From Nitrospirota bacterium (GTDB taxonomy: Bacteria > Nitrospirota > Thermodesulfovibrionia > Thermodesulfovibrionales > Dissulfurispiraceae), in the NCBI GenBank assembly GCA_040758355.1, contig JBFLWF010000002.1, positions 32,001-96,000 of the forward strand: a stretch of DNA of 64,000 nucleotides, in the 5' to 3' direction. The notes below the pieces were generated by a model. It saw only the letters and a program-made list of their open reading frames with translations, was not told the DNA's origin and did not search any database. Of this stretch, positions 9,502-19,491 are shown one piece after another. Positions within the stretch are counted from its first letter, which is position 1. Every line of letters begins with the position of its first letter. Both the position numbers and the translations under genes were made by a program.

Positions 9502-10911
9502 ATGAGAAAAGCAAAAATCGTCTGCACGATAGGCCCTGCATCCGGCAGCAGGAAGGTAATCAGCGAATTGATTAAAAGCGGCATGGATGTTGCCCGCTTG
9601 AACTTTTCCCACGGAGATCATGAAACCCATCAAAAAGTTGCATCCATTGTCCGTGAGGAATCATCAAAACAGAACAGAATCGTATCTATCCTTCAGGATT
9701 TGCAGGGCATAAAGATAAGGCTGGGCGATATAGAGGGCGGGGGTATGACTCTGAAAACAGGAGATGAGGTCTTTCTCCGTCCGGGAAAGGAAACAAGCGA
9801 TAAAAAGAATTTGTTCATTACTTATCCAGCTCTGTTAAAGGATGTGAAGGCCGGCGACAGGATACTCATAGATGACGGACTCATAAAGCTCGGTGTGGCA
9901 GGCAGGGCAAGGGATGCCTTATTTGCAAAGGTTCTGGAGGGAGGGGCAGTAAAATCGAGGAAGGGCGTTAACCTGCCGACTTCAAAGACAACACTGCCTG
10001 CATTTACAGAAAAGGACAGGAGAGACCTCGAATTCGGACTTAAGATGTGTGTCGATTATGTTGCAATATCATTTGTGAGAACGGCAGAGGATATAAAGCT
10101 TGTACTGGATTGGGCAAAAAGGAAGGGAGTAAAGCTGCCACCCATAATAGCCAAGATAGAAAAACCGGAGGCTCTGGATAATATCAACGAGATTATGGAC
10201 ATGGTTGACGGTATCATGGTTGCGAGGGGTGACCTCGGCGTGGAAATGCCCACAGAGAAGGTCCCCATGATCCAGAAGATGCTCATAGACCTTGCAAACA
10301 AAAAGGGCAAGCTCGTCATAACAGCCACGCAGATGCTTGAGTCCATGACGCAGCATACACGGCCCACAAGGGCTGAGGCAACGGATGTTGCAAATGCTGT
10401 TTTAGACGGCACGGATGCATTGATGCTTTCAGCAGAAACAACAGTTGGTAAGTACCCTGTTGAGTCTGTGAGGATGATGGATATGATAATAAAATACACA
10501 GAGGCAAGTTTCACACGCAGGGCTGTGTCTCCATATGAGATAGGAAATACATTTCCTGAGGCCATTGCCGATAGTGCGTGCGAAGCTGCACACGATATCG
10601 GTGCAAAGGCTATTGTTGTTTTTACCGGTTCCGGATTTACCGCAAAATTAATCTCAAAACTCAGGCCGGATGTGCCAGTAATAGCCTTTACTCCGGATGA
10701 AACGGTTTTGAGGAGAATTTCGCTTTATTGGGGGACATCTGCAAAATTGATAAGGCGCAGCGATATGGAAATCCTCGATGCGAAGTTTATGTCAGAGATA
10801 GAAAAATCCCTGATAAAGGAGCGATTGGTCAAAAAAGGCGACAGCATTGTATTCGTCGCAAGCTCTCCATTTTTAGGCAAGCCGAATATCATAAGGCTGC
10901 ACAGGCTTTAA
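9502..10911 (+). CDS. pyk: Pyruvate kinase
   Basis: KIVCTIGPAS, RLNFSHG, IAKIE, MVARGDLGVE, ATQMLESM. Confidence 0.97.
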   Translation: MRKAKIVCTIGPASGSRKVISELIKSGMDVARLNFSHGDHETHQKVASIVREESSKQNRIVSILQDLQGIKIRLGDIEGGGMTLKTGDEVFLRPGKETSDKKNLFITYPALLKDVKAGDRILIDDGLIKLGVAGRARDALFAKVLEGGAVKSRKGVNLPTSKTTLPAFTEKDRRDLEFGLKMCVDYVAISFVRTAEDIKLVLDWAKRKGVKLPPIIAKIEKPEALDNINEIMDMVDGIMVARGDLGVEMPTEKVPMIQKMLIDLANKKGKLVITATQMLESMTQHTRPTRAEATDVANAVLDGTDALMLSAETTVGKYPVESVRMMDMIIKYTEASFTRRAVSPYEIGNTFPEAIADSACEAAHDIGAKAIVVFTGSGFTAKLISKLRPDVPVIAFTPDETVLRRISLYWGTSAKLIRRSDMEILDAKFMSEIEKSLIKERLVKKGDSIVFVASSPFLGKPNIIRLHRL

Positions 10912-10952
10912 GCATTGAAAAATCAGCATATATTGCTGTATCATTAAAAACT

Positions 10953-12056
10953 ATGTCCGAGAACAAAGAGATAAACGCCAGCCTCGAAAAACTCAGGGAA
11001 GAGATAGACGGAATCGATGCGGGTATACTCGAGCTTTTAAATAAAAGGGCTAATATAGCCATAGATATAGCCAATATAAAGAGAAAGGCAAGCCTCAAAT
11101 TTTATTCCCCTGAACGCGAGAGGGCAATCCTTGAGCGCATCACTGAATTAAATAAGGGACCGTTCCCCAACGATGCATTGAAGGTCATTTTCAGGGAAAT
11201 AATGTCGGCATCGCTCTCCCTCGAAGAACCCCTCAAAGTGGCATACCTCGGGCCCGAAGGGACATTTACCAACCTTGCTGCAATGAGGCATTTTGGTTCT
11301 TCTGCCAGGTATATCCCTGTTGACAGCATAAAGGCTGTGTTTGACGAGACAGAGAGCGGGATGGTGAATTATGGAGTCGTTCCCATCGAAAACTCAAATG
11401 AAGGCGTTGTCAGCTATACCCTCGACATGTTCATGGATTATGACCTGAAGATATCGGCAGAAGTGCTTCTGGAGGTTTCGCACAACCTCCTGTCAAAAAG
11501 CGGTGAAAGGGAAAAGGTGAAAAAGATATATTCACATCCACAGGCTACTGCCCAGTGCAGGGTTTGGCTTGAGGCAAGTATGCCAAACATCCCGATACTC
11601 GAATCCACGAGCACTGCGAGGGCAGCAGAGATTGCTTCGCAGGACGAAGAGGCCGCTGCTATTGCGAGCGAGCTTGCTTCAAGGGTCTATGACCTGCAGT
11701 TTGTGGAGAGGCATATAGAGGACAATAAAAACAACTATACAAGGTTTCTGGTGATATCAAAGGATTACCCTTCAAAATCGGGTAAGGATAAGACATCCAT
11801 ACTGTTTTCTGTGAAGGACAGGCCCGGGGCCCTTTATGATGTGCTGCTTCCATTCAGAAAATCGAAGATAAACCTCACGAAAATAGAATCGAGGCCTTCA
11901 AAGAGGAGGGCATGGGAGTACATCTTCTTTGTTGATATGGAAGGCCATATGGAAGACAAGAAGGTCAGAAAGGCAGTAGAAGGAATAAAGGAGATATGCC
12001 TTTATTTAAAACACCTCGGTTCGTATCCCATCGACGAGAGAACCGAGAGGGAATAG
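10953..12056 (+). CDS. pheA: Chorismate mutase/prephenate dehydratase (P-protein)
   Basis: N-terminal AroQ (LREEIDGID, PERE), PIENS, TRF, ACT domain with IESRP. Confidence 0.93.
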   Translation: MSENKEINASLEKLREEIDGIDAGILELLNKRANIAIDIANIKRKASLKFYSPERERAILERITELNKGPFPNDALKVIFREIMSASLSLEEPLKVAYLGPEGTFTNLAAMRHFGSSARYIPVDSIKAVFDETESGMVNYGVVPIENSNEGVVSYTLDMFMDYDLKISAEVLLEVSHNLLSKSGEREKVKKIYSHPQATAQCRVWLEASMPNIPILESTSTARAAEIASQDEEAAAIASELASRVYDLQFVERHIEDNKNNYTRFLVISKDYPSKSGKDKTSILFSVKDRPGALYDVLLPFRKSKINLTKIESRPSKRRAWEYIFFVDMEGHMEDKKVRKAVEGIKEICLYLKHLGSYPIDERTERE

Positions 12057-12060
12057 CATT

Positions 12061-13191
12061 GTGCCAAAAAATAAGCCAAAGAATAAGCCAAAAAATAAGA
12101 TAATGCCTCTGGAGTATGTATCCGCGATAAAGCCTTATGTGCCCGGAAAGCCTGTTAAGGAGCTTGAGCGTGAACTTGGTATAAAGGACAGCATAAAGCT
12201 TGCATCCAACGAGAATCCTCTCGGCCCGTCTCAAAAGGCACTAAAGGCATTGCGGGACTTCCTTCACAACGGCAGCGAGCTGAGCCGTTATCCTGACGGA
12301 GAAGGTTATTACCTGAAAAGCGCCATTTCCGAAAAACTAAGTGCAGGGACGGACGAGATAATTCTTGGCAACGGCTCCAATGAGCTGATAGATATAGCTG
12401 TCAGGACATTTATGGGGACTGGGGATGAGGCTATTATGGCAGCGCCGTCGTTTGTTGTCTATTCCATGGCGACAAGTTCTGTTGGGGCTAAATCATTGGA
12501 GATACCTCTTACAGATTACAGGCATGATCTGGCGGCAATGGCTGATGCGATTACAGAGAAGACAAAGATTGTCTTTATCGCAAACCCAAACAATCCAACA
12601 GGCACAATAAATAAAAGGGACGAATTCGAGAGGTTTATGGATAAGGTTCCCGATGGTGTGCTTGTTATTATCGATGAGGCATACTACGAGTATGTGGCGG
12701 ATTCCGAATATCCCGATACCATTAAATATTTTATGGATGGAAGGGATATCCTTATTCTCAGGACATTCTCAAAGGCTTATGGACTTGCAGGGCTGAGAAT
12801 AGGCTACGGCATGGCCAGAAAAGATATAGCAGCAGAGATGAACAAGATCAGGAATCCCTTTAACGCAAATACACTGGCGCAACTGGCTGCAATGAATGCA
12901 TTAACGGATGACGAGCATCTGAGAAAATCGGTTGAAATTAATGGGCAAGGAAAGGAATTCCTCTATAGGGAGCTTGATTCCATGGGAATCACGTATGTTC
13001 CTACAGAGGCGAATTTTATATACATGCCCTTGCATGTGGAATCAAAGATCATGTATGACGCCCTTTTGAGAATGGGCGTGATTGTAAGACCTGTGGGGCC
13101 GAGGGAAATAAGGGTTACCATAGGACTGCCCGAGGAAAACAAGCGCTTCATTGAAGCATTAAAAATAGTCATAAAATCGTTGAGTAATTAA
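12061..13191 (+). CDS. hisC: Histidinol-phosphate aminotransferase (start uncertain; 12-bp tandem repeat at the 5' end)
   Basis: KLASNENP, GNGSNE, NPNNPTG, DEAY, RTFSKAYGLAGLRIGY. Confidence 0.92.
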   Translation: MPKNKPKNKPKNKIMPLEYVSAIKPYVPGKPVKELERELGIKDSIKLASNENPLGPSQKALKALRDFLHNGSELSRYPDGEGYYLKSAISEKLSAGTDEIILGNGSNELIDIAVRTFMGTGDEAIMAAPSFVVYSMATSSVGAKSLEIPLTDYRHDLAAMADAITEKTKIVFIANPNNPTGTINKRDEFERFMDKVPDGVLVIIDEAYYEYVADSEYPDTIKYFMDGRDILILRTFSKAYGLAGLRIGYGMARKDIAAEMNKIRNPFNANTLAQLAAMNALTDDEHLRKSVEINGQGKEFLYRELDSMGITYVPTEANFIYMPLHVESKIMYDALLRMGVIVRPVGPREIRVTIGLPEENKRFIEALKIVIKSLSN

Positions 13192-13209
13192 ATAATAGAG
13201 GAGGAAGTT

Positions 13210-14235
13210 ATGGATATCATAGTGCTGAGCCCGGATACGCCTGAAGAGGATGTAAGGCATGTCCTTAAAAAGCTTGAGAGCAAAGGACTGAAGGCAACCG
13301 TATCCCAAGGGACAGAGAGGACTATCATCGGCGTAATTGGAGATACATCAAAGGTTACGGAAGAGGAAGAAGATGCCATCCGCGCAATGACCGGCGTTGA
13401 GAATGTGGTGAGGATTCTCAAGCCTTACAAGCTCGCAAGCCGTGAATTCAAGAAGGAAAATTCAGAGATAAATGTGAGGGGAAATATTATCGGAGGCAAA
13501 AAGATTCCTGTGATGGCAGGGCCTTGCGCCGTGGAGAATAAGACCATACTCATGAACATAGCAGAGAAGGTGAAAGATGGCGGGGCAACATTCCTCAGAG
13601 GCGGGGCTTATAAGCCGAGGACGTCTCCATACTCATTCCAGGGGCTCGGTGAGGAGGGTCTAAGATACCTCGCAGAGGCAAGGGAAAGGACAGGGCTCCC
13701 CATCATTACAGAAATAATGGACCCGAGGGATATGGATGTAATCGTTGAGTATGCGGACATCATTCAGATAGGCGCAAGGAACATGCAGAACTTTAGACTG
13801 CTTCTCGAAGTCGGCTCTGTTGACAAGCCCGTACTCCTTAAGCGCGGGCTTTCCGCAACCATAAAGGAATGGCTTATGTCCGCAGAATACATAATGTCCA
13901 GGGGAAACCAGGATGTCATGCTGTGCGAAAGGGGCATAAGGACATTCGAGACAGCAACAAGGAATACCCTCGACCTCAGCGCAGTGCCTGTACTTAAGAA
14001 GCTGACCCATCTCCCTGTAGTAGTTGATCCGAGCCATGGCGTCGGCAAATGGGATCTGGTTGCGCCGATGGCAAAGGCTGCAGTTGCAGCAGGCGCAGAT
14101 GCGCTTATTATAGAGGTTCACTCAAATCCTGAAGAGGCGCTTTCCGACGGCGAACAGTCATTAAAGCCTGATATGTTTGTACAGCTTATGAAGGAGCTCA
14201 AGCCCATAGCACAGGCAGTTGGAAGGGAAATGTAA
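13210..14235 (+). CDS. aroF: DAHP synthase type I-beta with N-terminal regulatory domain
   Basis: [34 protein letters not shown]. Confidence 0.93.
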   Translation: MDIIVLSPDTPEEDVRHVLKKLESKGLKATVSQGTERTIIGVIGDTSKVTEEEEDAIRAMTGVENVVRILKPYKLASREFKKENSEINVRGNIIGGKKIPVMAGPCAVENKTILMNIAEKVKDGGATFLRGGAYKPRTSPYSFQGLGEEGLRYLAEARERTGLPIITEIMDPRDMDVIVEYADIIQIGARNMQNFRLLLEVGSVDKPVLLKRGLSATIKEWLMSAEYIMSRGNQDVMLCERGIRTFETATRNTLDLSAVPVLKKLTHLPVVVDPSHGVGKWDLVAPMAKAAVAAGADALIIEVHSNPEEALSDGEQSLKPDMFVQLMKELKPIAQAVGREM

Positions 14236-14261
14236 AGACAGTGAAAAGTGGATAGTGAATA

Positions 14262-15128
14262 GTGAATAGTGAAAAAAATATATTTTTTAATAAAGTATCC
14301 ATCATCGGCGTTGGCCTCCTTGGCGCATCTTTTGCCCTTGCATTAAGAGAAAAAGGTTTATGCAAAACTATAATTGGCTATGGCAGGAGCGAGGAGAATC
14401 TAAAAAGGGCAAAGGAAAGGGGGATAATAGACGACTACAGCCTTGATGTGAGGAAGGCCTGCGAAGATTCCGACCTTATACTCCTTTCGACACCTGTCGG
14501 CGCATTCAGAGAGATTGCCGAAAGGATAAAAGATACTTTAAAGCAAGACGCCCTCATAACAGACGTGGGAAGCGTAAAAGGCAGACTCGTCCATGAATTA
14601 GAGTCATTAATGCCGGATAGGGCGCATTATATCGGCTCGCATCCCATAGCAGGCAGCGACAAACCAGGCATTGACGATGCGAGGGCTGATTTATTTAATA
14701 ATGCAAGGTGTATTGTTACGCCTACCGAAAAATCAGATGAACCGGCTAAAGAAAAAATCATATCGCTATGGGAGGCAGTCGGCGCAAAAGTAGAGGTGAT
14801 TGACCCGTTTACTCATGATGAGATATATGCGGCAGTAAGCCACTTCCCGCATATTATTGCCTACTCCATCGTGAATACAGTCGGAGACGTCGATTCAAAG
14901 TATATAGGATACGCCGGAAAGGGTTTTAAAGACACAACGAGGATTGCCCTCAGTTCTCCAGAGATGTGGAGGGACATATCCATATTCAATAAAGAGAATC
15001 TCATCAGGATGATGGATGTTTTCAGGGAAAACCTCGATAAGATAACAAAATGCCTCATGGAAAATAATGCCTCCGGGATCGAAGAGGAGTTTTTAAGGGC
15101 ACAGACATTAAGGAAAAAGCTGAAATAG
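14262..15128 (+). CDS. tyrA: Prephenate/arogenate dehydrogenase
   Basis: GVGLLG, DVGSVK, HPIAG, HDEIYAAVSHFPH, DTTRIA. Confidence 0.92.
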   Translation: MNSEKNIFFNKVSIIGVGLLGASFALALREKGLCKTIIGYGRSEENLKRAKERGIIDDYSLDVRKACEDSDLILLSTPVGAFREIAERIKDTLKQDALITDVGSVKGRLVHELESLMPDRAHYIGSHPIAGSDKPGIDDARADLFNNARCIVTPTEKSDEPAKEKIISLWEAVGAKVEVIDPFTHDEIYAAVSHFPHIIAYSIVNTVGDVDSKYIGYAGKGFKDTTRIALSSPEMWRDISIFNKENLIRMMDVFRENLDKITKCLMENNASGIEEEFLRAQTLRKKLK

Positions 15129-15131
15129 TGA

Positions 15132-16436
15132 ATGGAAATCGTAGAATTAACAAAGGCAAAATCCTTAAAAGGCGAGATAACCCCTCCACCTGACAAATCC
15201 ATTTCCCACAGGGCAGTGATGTTTGCCTCCATTGCAGATGGCAAAAGCATTGTCAAAAATTTTCTCAGGGCAGAAGACCCCATAAGCACCATGAATGCAT
15301 TCAGGATGATGGGAATCGAGATAGAAGAGAAAGCTGGCAATGAGCTTGTTATTCATGGCAAAGGACTATATGGTTTAAGAGAGCCATTTGATGTTATAGA
15401 CTGCGGAAATTCAGGAACGACTGTGAGACTCATATCAGGGATACTCTCAGGGAATCCATTCTTCTCTGTTCTTACAGGAGATGATTCCTTAAAACAGAGA
15501 CCCATGGCAAGGGTCATAAATCCATTAAAAGAGATGGGAGCAGAAATCTCTGCAAGAGATAACGACAGATACCTTCCAATTGCAATTAAGGGCAAAACAC
15601 TCAAGTCTATAGATTACACAATGCCTGTGGCATCTGCACAGGTAAAATCATGCCTTATTCTCGCTGGGCTTTATGCAGAGGGCATAACAACGATCCATGA
15701 GCCACAAAAGTCCCGTGACCACACAGAGAGGATGCTAAAGGCAATGGGTGCGGAGATCAAGGTTGAAGGTCTTACAATAAAGGTAAAGGGTGAAGGGTCA
15801 AGGGTCAAGGGATTGCAGCCAATTGATATAACAATTCCATCTGATTTCTCATCTGCTGCGTTTTTTATTGCAGGCGCTTTAATCGTCCCTGATTCACAAA
15901 TCTTAATCAGAAACGTCTGTGTAAATCCAACAAGAACGGGCTTGCTTGAAGTGATTAAAAATATGGGCGGAGATGTAAGGGTCGAAAATACGAGGGATGT
16001 CTCCGGAGAGCCTGTTGCAGATATATATTGCAAAAGTGCAGGCAGTTTAAAGGCAGTAAAAATCAGCGGTGATATTATGCCTTCCCTGATAGATGAATTC
16101 CCTATCCTGTGTGTTCTCGCTACACAGGCAGATGGAATTACCGAGATAAGAGGCGCAGAGGAGTTAAGAGTCAAGGAGTCGGATAGAATTAAGGCAATGG
16201 CAACGGAACTGAAAAAATTAGGCGTTGAGCTTGAAGAATATCCTGACGGCATTTCAATTAAAGGCAAGACATCTTTAAAAGGCGCTACAGTAGAGAGTTA
16301 TCACGACCATAGAATCGCCATGTCCCTCGCAATTGCTGCACTTGTTGCAGAAGGCACAATAACCATCAATAACCCATCCTGCGTAGACATATCATTCCCG
16401 GGATTTTTTGAAGAATTGAAGAGGATAGCGCGCTGA
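15132..16436 (+). CDS. aroA: EPSP synthase
   Basis: DKSISHR, GNSGTT, RPM, SAQVKS, RDHTERM, RVKESDRI, DHRIAM. Confidence 0.96.
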   Translation: MEIVELTKAKSLKGEITPPPDKSISHRAVMFASIADGKSIVKNFLRAEDPISTMNAFRMMGIEIEEKAGNELVIHGKGLYGLREPFDVIDCGNSGTTVRLISGILSGNPFFSVLTGDDSLKQRPMARVINPLKEMGAEISARDNDRYLPIAIKGKTLKSIDYTMPVASAQVKSCLILAGLYAEGITTIHEPQKSRDHTERMLKAMGAEIKVEGLTIKVKGEGSRVKGLQPIDITIPSDFSSAAFFIAGALIVPDSQILIRNVCVNPTRTGLLEVIKNMGGDVRVENTRDVSGEPVADIYCKSAGSLKAVKISGDIMPSLIDEFPILCVLATQADGITEIRGAEELRVKESDRIKAMATELKKLGVELEEYPDGISIKGKTSLKGATVESYHDHRIAMSLAIAALVAEGTITINNPSCVDISFPGFFEELKRIAR

Positions 16437-16689
16437 GGTTTTTTTAACTTACCCTTTACACAGGTAAAGAAATTGTCTGCAATTTACCTGTATAGAGGTA
16501 CAAAATGCGGGATGTGGAGATAGTATATAATAGCGGGAAAGGATTGCGAAATGGGATGCGATTATTAGACCGCATTTTTCTTGTTTGAAAAATAAGGATA
16601 ATTTAGGGGTATAATAAAAAAATTATTAAGCTGCTCGATTATTTTAAAAGAAAATCCATACAGATTATTTGAAGTATAAAAAATATATC

Positions 16690-16718
16690 TTGACAAACGT
16701 ATTCAGTTATTGTATGCT
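16690..16718 (+). promoter_or_regulatory. Sigma70-type promoter (sense) at the head of the defence island
   Basis: TTGACA-N17-TATGCT. Confidence 0.75.
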
Positions 16719-16724
16719 TTTCCC

Positions 16725-16799
16725 ATGAAGCATATTAAATCATTCAAAAAAAAGGCTCTGTGCCGCAAACACAGAGCCTTTTTTGTCCACTCGGGCTGA
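16725..16799 (+). CDS. Putative leaderless 24-aa leader peptide MKHIKSFKKKALCRKHRAFFVHSG
   Basis: ATG lies 6 nt after the -10 box; the ORF reads through the terminator hairpin. Confidence 0.4.
   Translation: MKHIKSFKKKALCRKHRAFFVHSG
16746..16784. terminator. Bidirectional intrinsic terminator
   Basis: A8-GGCTCTGTG-CCGCAAA-CACAGAGCC-T6. Confidence 0.8.
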
Positions 16800-16826
16800 G
16801 AGCCGGAGCGACCGTGGTTAAGTCTA
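16746..16826 (-). ncRNA. Predicted ~80-nt antisense sRNA
   Basis: Bounded by the minus-strand promoter (16832-16860) and the minus-strand U-tract of the bidirectional terminator; no ORF evident. Confidence 0.5.
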
Positions 16827-16831
16827 TTCGT

Positions 16832-16860
16832 AGAATATCAGTATCGAGTCCTCCTGTCAA
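16832..16860 (-). promoter_or_regulatory. Sigma70-type antisense promoter
   Basis: Reverse strand TTGACA(16860-16855)-N17-TATTCT(16837-16832). Confidence 0.7.
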
Positions 16861-16983
16861 TAAGCTCAGCCGCAGAAAAAAGGAGGTGATGCCCTGATAG
16901 CCCTTACTGACTGGGCACGCCAAAAGAGTTTCTTTGAAACCTTCGGCGGCTGAGAACGAGAAGTTTTAGGAGGACGTAAAGGT

Positions 16984-17280
16984 ATGGCTTCAATACCGCA
17001 AGTGATTCAGGAAATGGATGACCATATTAAAAACAATGGTGGGGGATATTCATCATGGTACGCAGGCATTGCCTCTGATCCTCGCAAGCGGCTGTTCAAC
17101 GATCATAGTGTTCAGGAAAAAGGTGACGCCTGGATATACCGCGACTGCGGATCGGACATAGCCGCAAGACAAGTCGAAGAACATTTTCTCAAGAAGGGTT
17201 GCGACGGCGATACGGGTGGAGGCGATGCAACGACAAAGTACGCATATGCCTACAAAAGGAATAGCCACACCAATCCTTAG
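16984..17280 (+). CDS. Small GIY-YIG-like protein (98 aa)
   Basis: SD AGGAGG; WYAGIASDPRKRLFNDH and ARQVE resemble the YxG-x-D-x3-R-x4-H...E core of GIY-YIG nucleases. Confidence 0.6.
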   Translation: MASIPQVIQEMDDHIKNNGGGYSSWYAGIASDPRKRLFNDHSVQEKGDAWIYRDCGSDIAARQVEEHFLKKGCDGDTGGGDATTKYAYAYKRNSHTNP

Positions 17281-17292
17281 TCGGTAGTTTGA

Positions 17293-17322
17293 AGAGGCCG
17301 TCTTATATGATAGGCGGCCTCT
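17293..17322. terminator. GC-rich hairpin after the GIY-YIG-like gene (weak U-tract)
   Basis: AGAGGCCGTCT...AGGCGGCCTCT. Confidence 0.45.
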
Positions 17323-17341
17323 CTTAAAAAATAGAGGGGTT

Positions 17342-17935
17342 ATGAAAAAGAAAATAACAGAAATAGCGGATATTCAGCTTGGGTATCAGTTCAGGAAAAA
17401 GATTGAGCCTGCCGGCGATGGCACTAACCGTGTAATCCAGATTCGGGACTTTGATGAAAATCATATACTTAACAAAGCGGGTCTCGCATCTGTTACACTT
17501 GATAAACCGATGGATAAGTATCTAATTAACAAAGGCGATGTTCTGTTTCTTTCACGCGGGCATCGCAATTGGGCAGCCCCAATTATATATGATTTGAAAG
17601 ATACGGTGGCTGTAAGCCACTTCTTTGTAATCAAGCCCAAGCAGAATAATATTTTGTCGGAGTATCTTGCCTGGTATATCAATCAGACCCCGGCGCAGGA
17701 ATACCTTCACAACATAGCCAAGCGCGGCACTCATATGCCGCTAATCCCCCTGTCAGCTTTCAAGGGGCTTGCAATAGAAATCCCGGATATAAAGACTCAG
17801 GAAAAAATTGTTGAATTGAGCAAGCTGATGGAAAAAGAAAAAAAGCTTCTCGCTGAACTTCAGGTGAAGAAATCACTTCTTATTAACGCAGTATGTTTAA
17901 AGGCATCCAAGAGCAAAAAGGAGAAGATAAAATGA
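17342..17935 (+). CDS. Half-size type I R-M specificity subunit (single TRD plus helix)
   Basis: IADIQLG, INKGDVLF, LSEYLAWYIN, IEIPDIKTQEKIV then a coiled coil. Confidence 0.8.
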   Translation: MKKKITEIADIQLGYQFRKKIEPAGDGTNRVIQIRDFDENHILNKAGLASVTLDKPMDKYLINKGDVLFLSRGHRNWAAPIIYDLKDTVAVSHFFVIKPKQNNILSEYLAWYINQTPAQEYLHNIAKRGTHMPLIPLSAFKGLAIEIPDIKTQEKIVELSKLMEKEKKLLAELQVKKSLLINAVCLKASKSKKEKIK

Positions 17936-19491
17936 CAACGAAAGTATCTCAGGACGAAATCAATAATGTTGCGTGGGCGGCATGCGATACCTTCCGCGGT
18001 CCAGTTGACCCTGCACAGTACAAGGACTATATCCTTGTGATGCTGTTTTTAAAGTATATCTCCGATGTGTGGAAAGATCATTATGAAGAATACCAAAAGC
18101 AATACGGCAATAATGAAGAACGTATCAGACGGAAACTCGAACGGGAGCGTTTTACACTGCCTTATATAGATTATGAAGACAAAGACACAAAGCAGAAAGA
18201 AAAATTTCATGCGGATTTTTACAGCCTTTATGAGCGGAGAACCAGAGCGAATATAGGCGAACTCATTAATATTGTTCTGGATGCCATTGAAGAATCAAAC
18301 AAGGCCAAGCTCGAAGGCGTGTTCCGCAACATTGATTTCAACAGCGAGGCAAATCTTGGAAAGACCAAAGACCGTAACCGCCTCCTGAAACATCTTCTCG
18401 AAGATTTCAATAAACCTCAGCTCGATATGCGGCCAAGTCGTGTATCCGAAGATGTAATCGGGAATACTTACATTTATCTTATTGAACGCTTTGCCTCTGA
18501 TGCCGGCAAAAAGGCCGGAGAGTTTTATACGCCTCACAAGGTCTCGGAACTGCTTGCAAAACTTGTCCAGCCGAAAAAGGGTGACCGCATATGCGATCCG
18601 GCTTGCGGTTCGGGTGGCCTTTTGATTGAGGCAGCTAAAGAAATAGGCAGCAGCGATTTTGCCTTGTTTGGCATGGAAGTGAATGGGAGCACATGGGCGC
18701 TGGCAAGGATGAACATGTTCCTGCACGGCATGGACGCCGCGCGCATAGAATGGTGCAATGCGCTGACAAATCCTGCATTGGTTGAGAAAGACCGTCTCAT
18801 GAGATTCAATATCGTTGTCGCTAATCCACCTTTTTCTCTCGACAAATGGGGTGCAACAGAGGCAGAACATGACCGCTTTAACCGCTTCTGGCGCGGCATG
18901 CCGCCAAAAAGCAAAGGCGATTATGCCTTTATCAGCCATATGATAGAAGCGGCCATTGAAAAAGAAGGCCGGGTAGCAGTGGTTGTACCGCACGGCGTAC
19001 TTTTCCGTGGAGGAGCCGAGGGGCGCATCCGTCAAAAACTAATTGAAGATAATCTGCTTGATGCAGTTGTGGGACTTCCAGCTAATCTCTTTCCCACAAC
19101 ATCAATTCCAGTTGCAATTCTCATCTTCGACTGTTCGCGAGAAAAAGGCGGGATAAATGAAAAGCGTAAAGATATACTTTTCATTGACGCAAGCAGGGAT
19201 TATCAGTCAGCAAAGACCCGGAATCTTCTGCTCGAAGAACATATCGAGAAGATTGTTGCCGCATACAAAACCCGCAAAGATGTTGATAAATACGCCCACG
19301 TCGTAACATTTGATGAGATAAAAGAAAATGATTTCAACCTCAACATCCCGCGTTATGTGGATACCTTTGAGGAAGAGGCGGAAATAGATGTTGCAGCAGT
19401 GCAGAAAGAGATTGAGCAGTTAGAAGCGGAGTTGGTAGAAGTGAGGGGGAAGATGAAGCAATACTTAGAGGAGCTTGGACAGCATGCTTAA
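17932..19491 (+). CDS. hsdM: Type I R-M adenine methyltransferase
   Basis: GEFYTP, DPACGSGG, NPPF, PHGVLFRG, NLNIPRY. Confidence 0.95.
   Translation: MTTKVSQDEINNVAWAACDTFRGPVDPAQYKDYILVMLFLKYISDVWKDHYEEYQKQYGNNEERIRRKLERERFTLPYIDYEDKDTKQKEKFHADFYSLYERRTRANIGELINIVLDAIEESNKAKLEGVFRNIDFNSEANLGKTKDRNRLLKHLLEDFNKPQLDMRPSRVSEDVIGNTYIYLIERFASDAGKKAGEFYTPHKVSELLAKLVQPKKGDRICDPACGSGGLLIEAAKEIGSSDFALFGMEVNGSTWALARMNMFLHGMDAARIEWCNALTNPALVEKDRLMRFNIVVANPPFSLDKWGATEAEHDRFNRFWRGMPPKSKGDYAFISHMIEAAIEKEGRVAVVVPHGVLFRGGAEGRIRQKLIEDNLLDAVVGLPANLFPTTSIPVAILIFDCSREKGGINEKRKDILFIDASRDYQSAKTRNLLLEEHIEKIVAAYKTRKDVDKYAHVVTFDEIKENDFNLNIPRYVDTFEEEAEIDVAAVQKEIEQLEAELVEVRGKMKQYLEELGQHA

Noticed and set aside
10728..10952. 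Long N-terminal extensions in the ORF track (pheA; likewise 1814, 17893, 47508)
   Set aside because: They overlap upstream genes in another frame; family homology begins at downstream ATGs.
16881..16953. CTG-initiated 19-aa peptide after the second SD (AGGAGGTG)
   Set aside because: Non-canonical start and no independent support; kept only as part of the structured leader.
16786..16983. Known riboswitch class (e.g. c-di-GMP-I, SAM, TPP)
   Set aside because: Could not match the conserved cores by eye; an Rfam/Infernal scan is needed.
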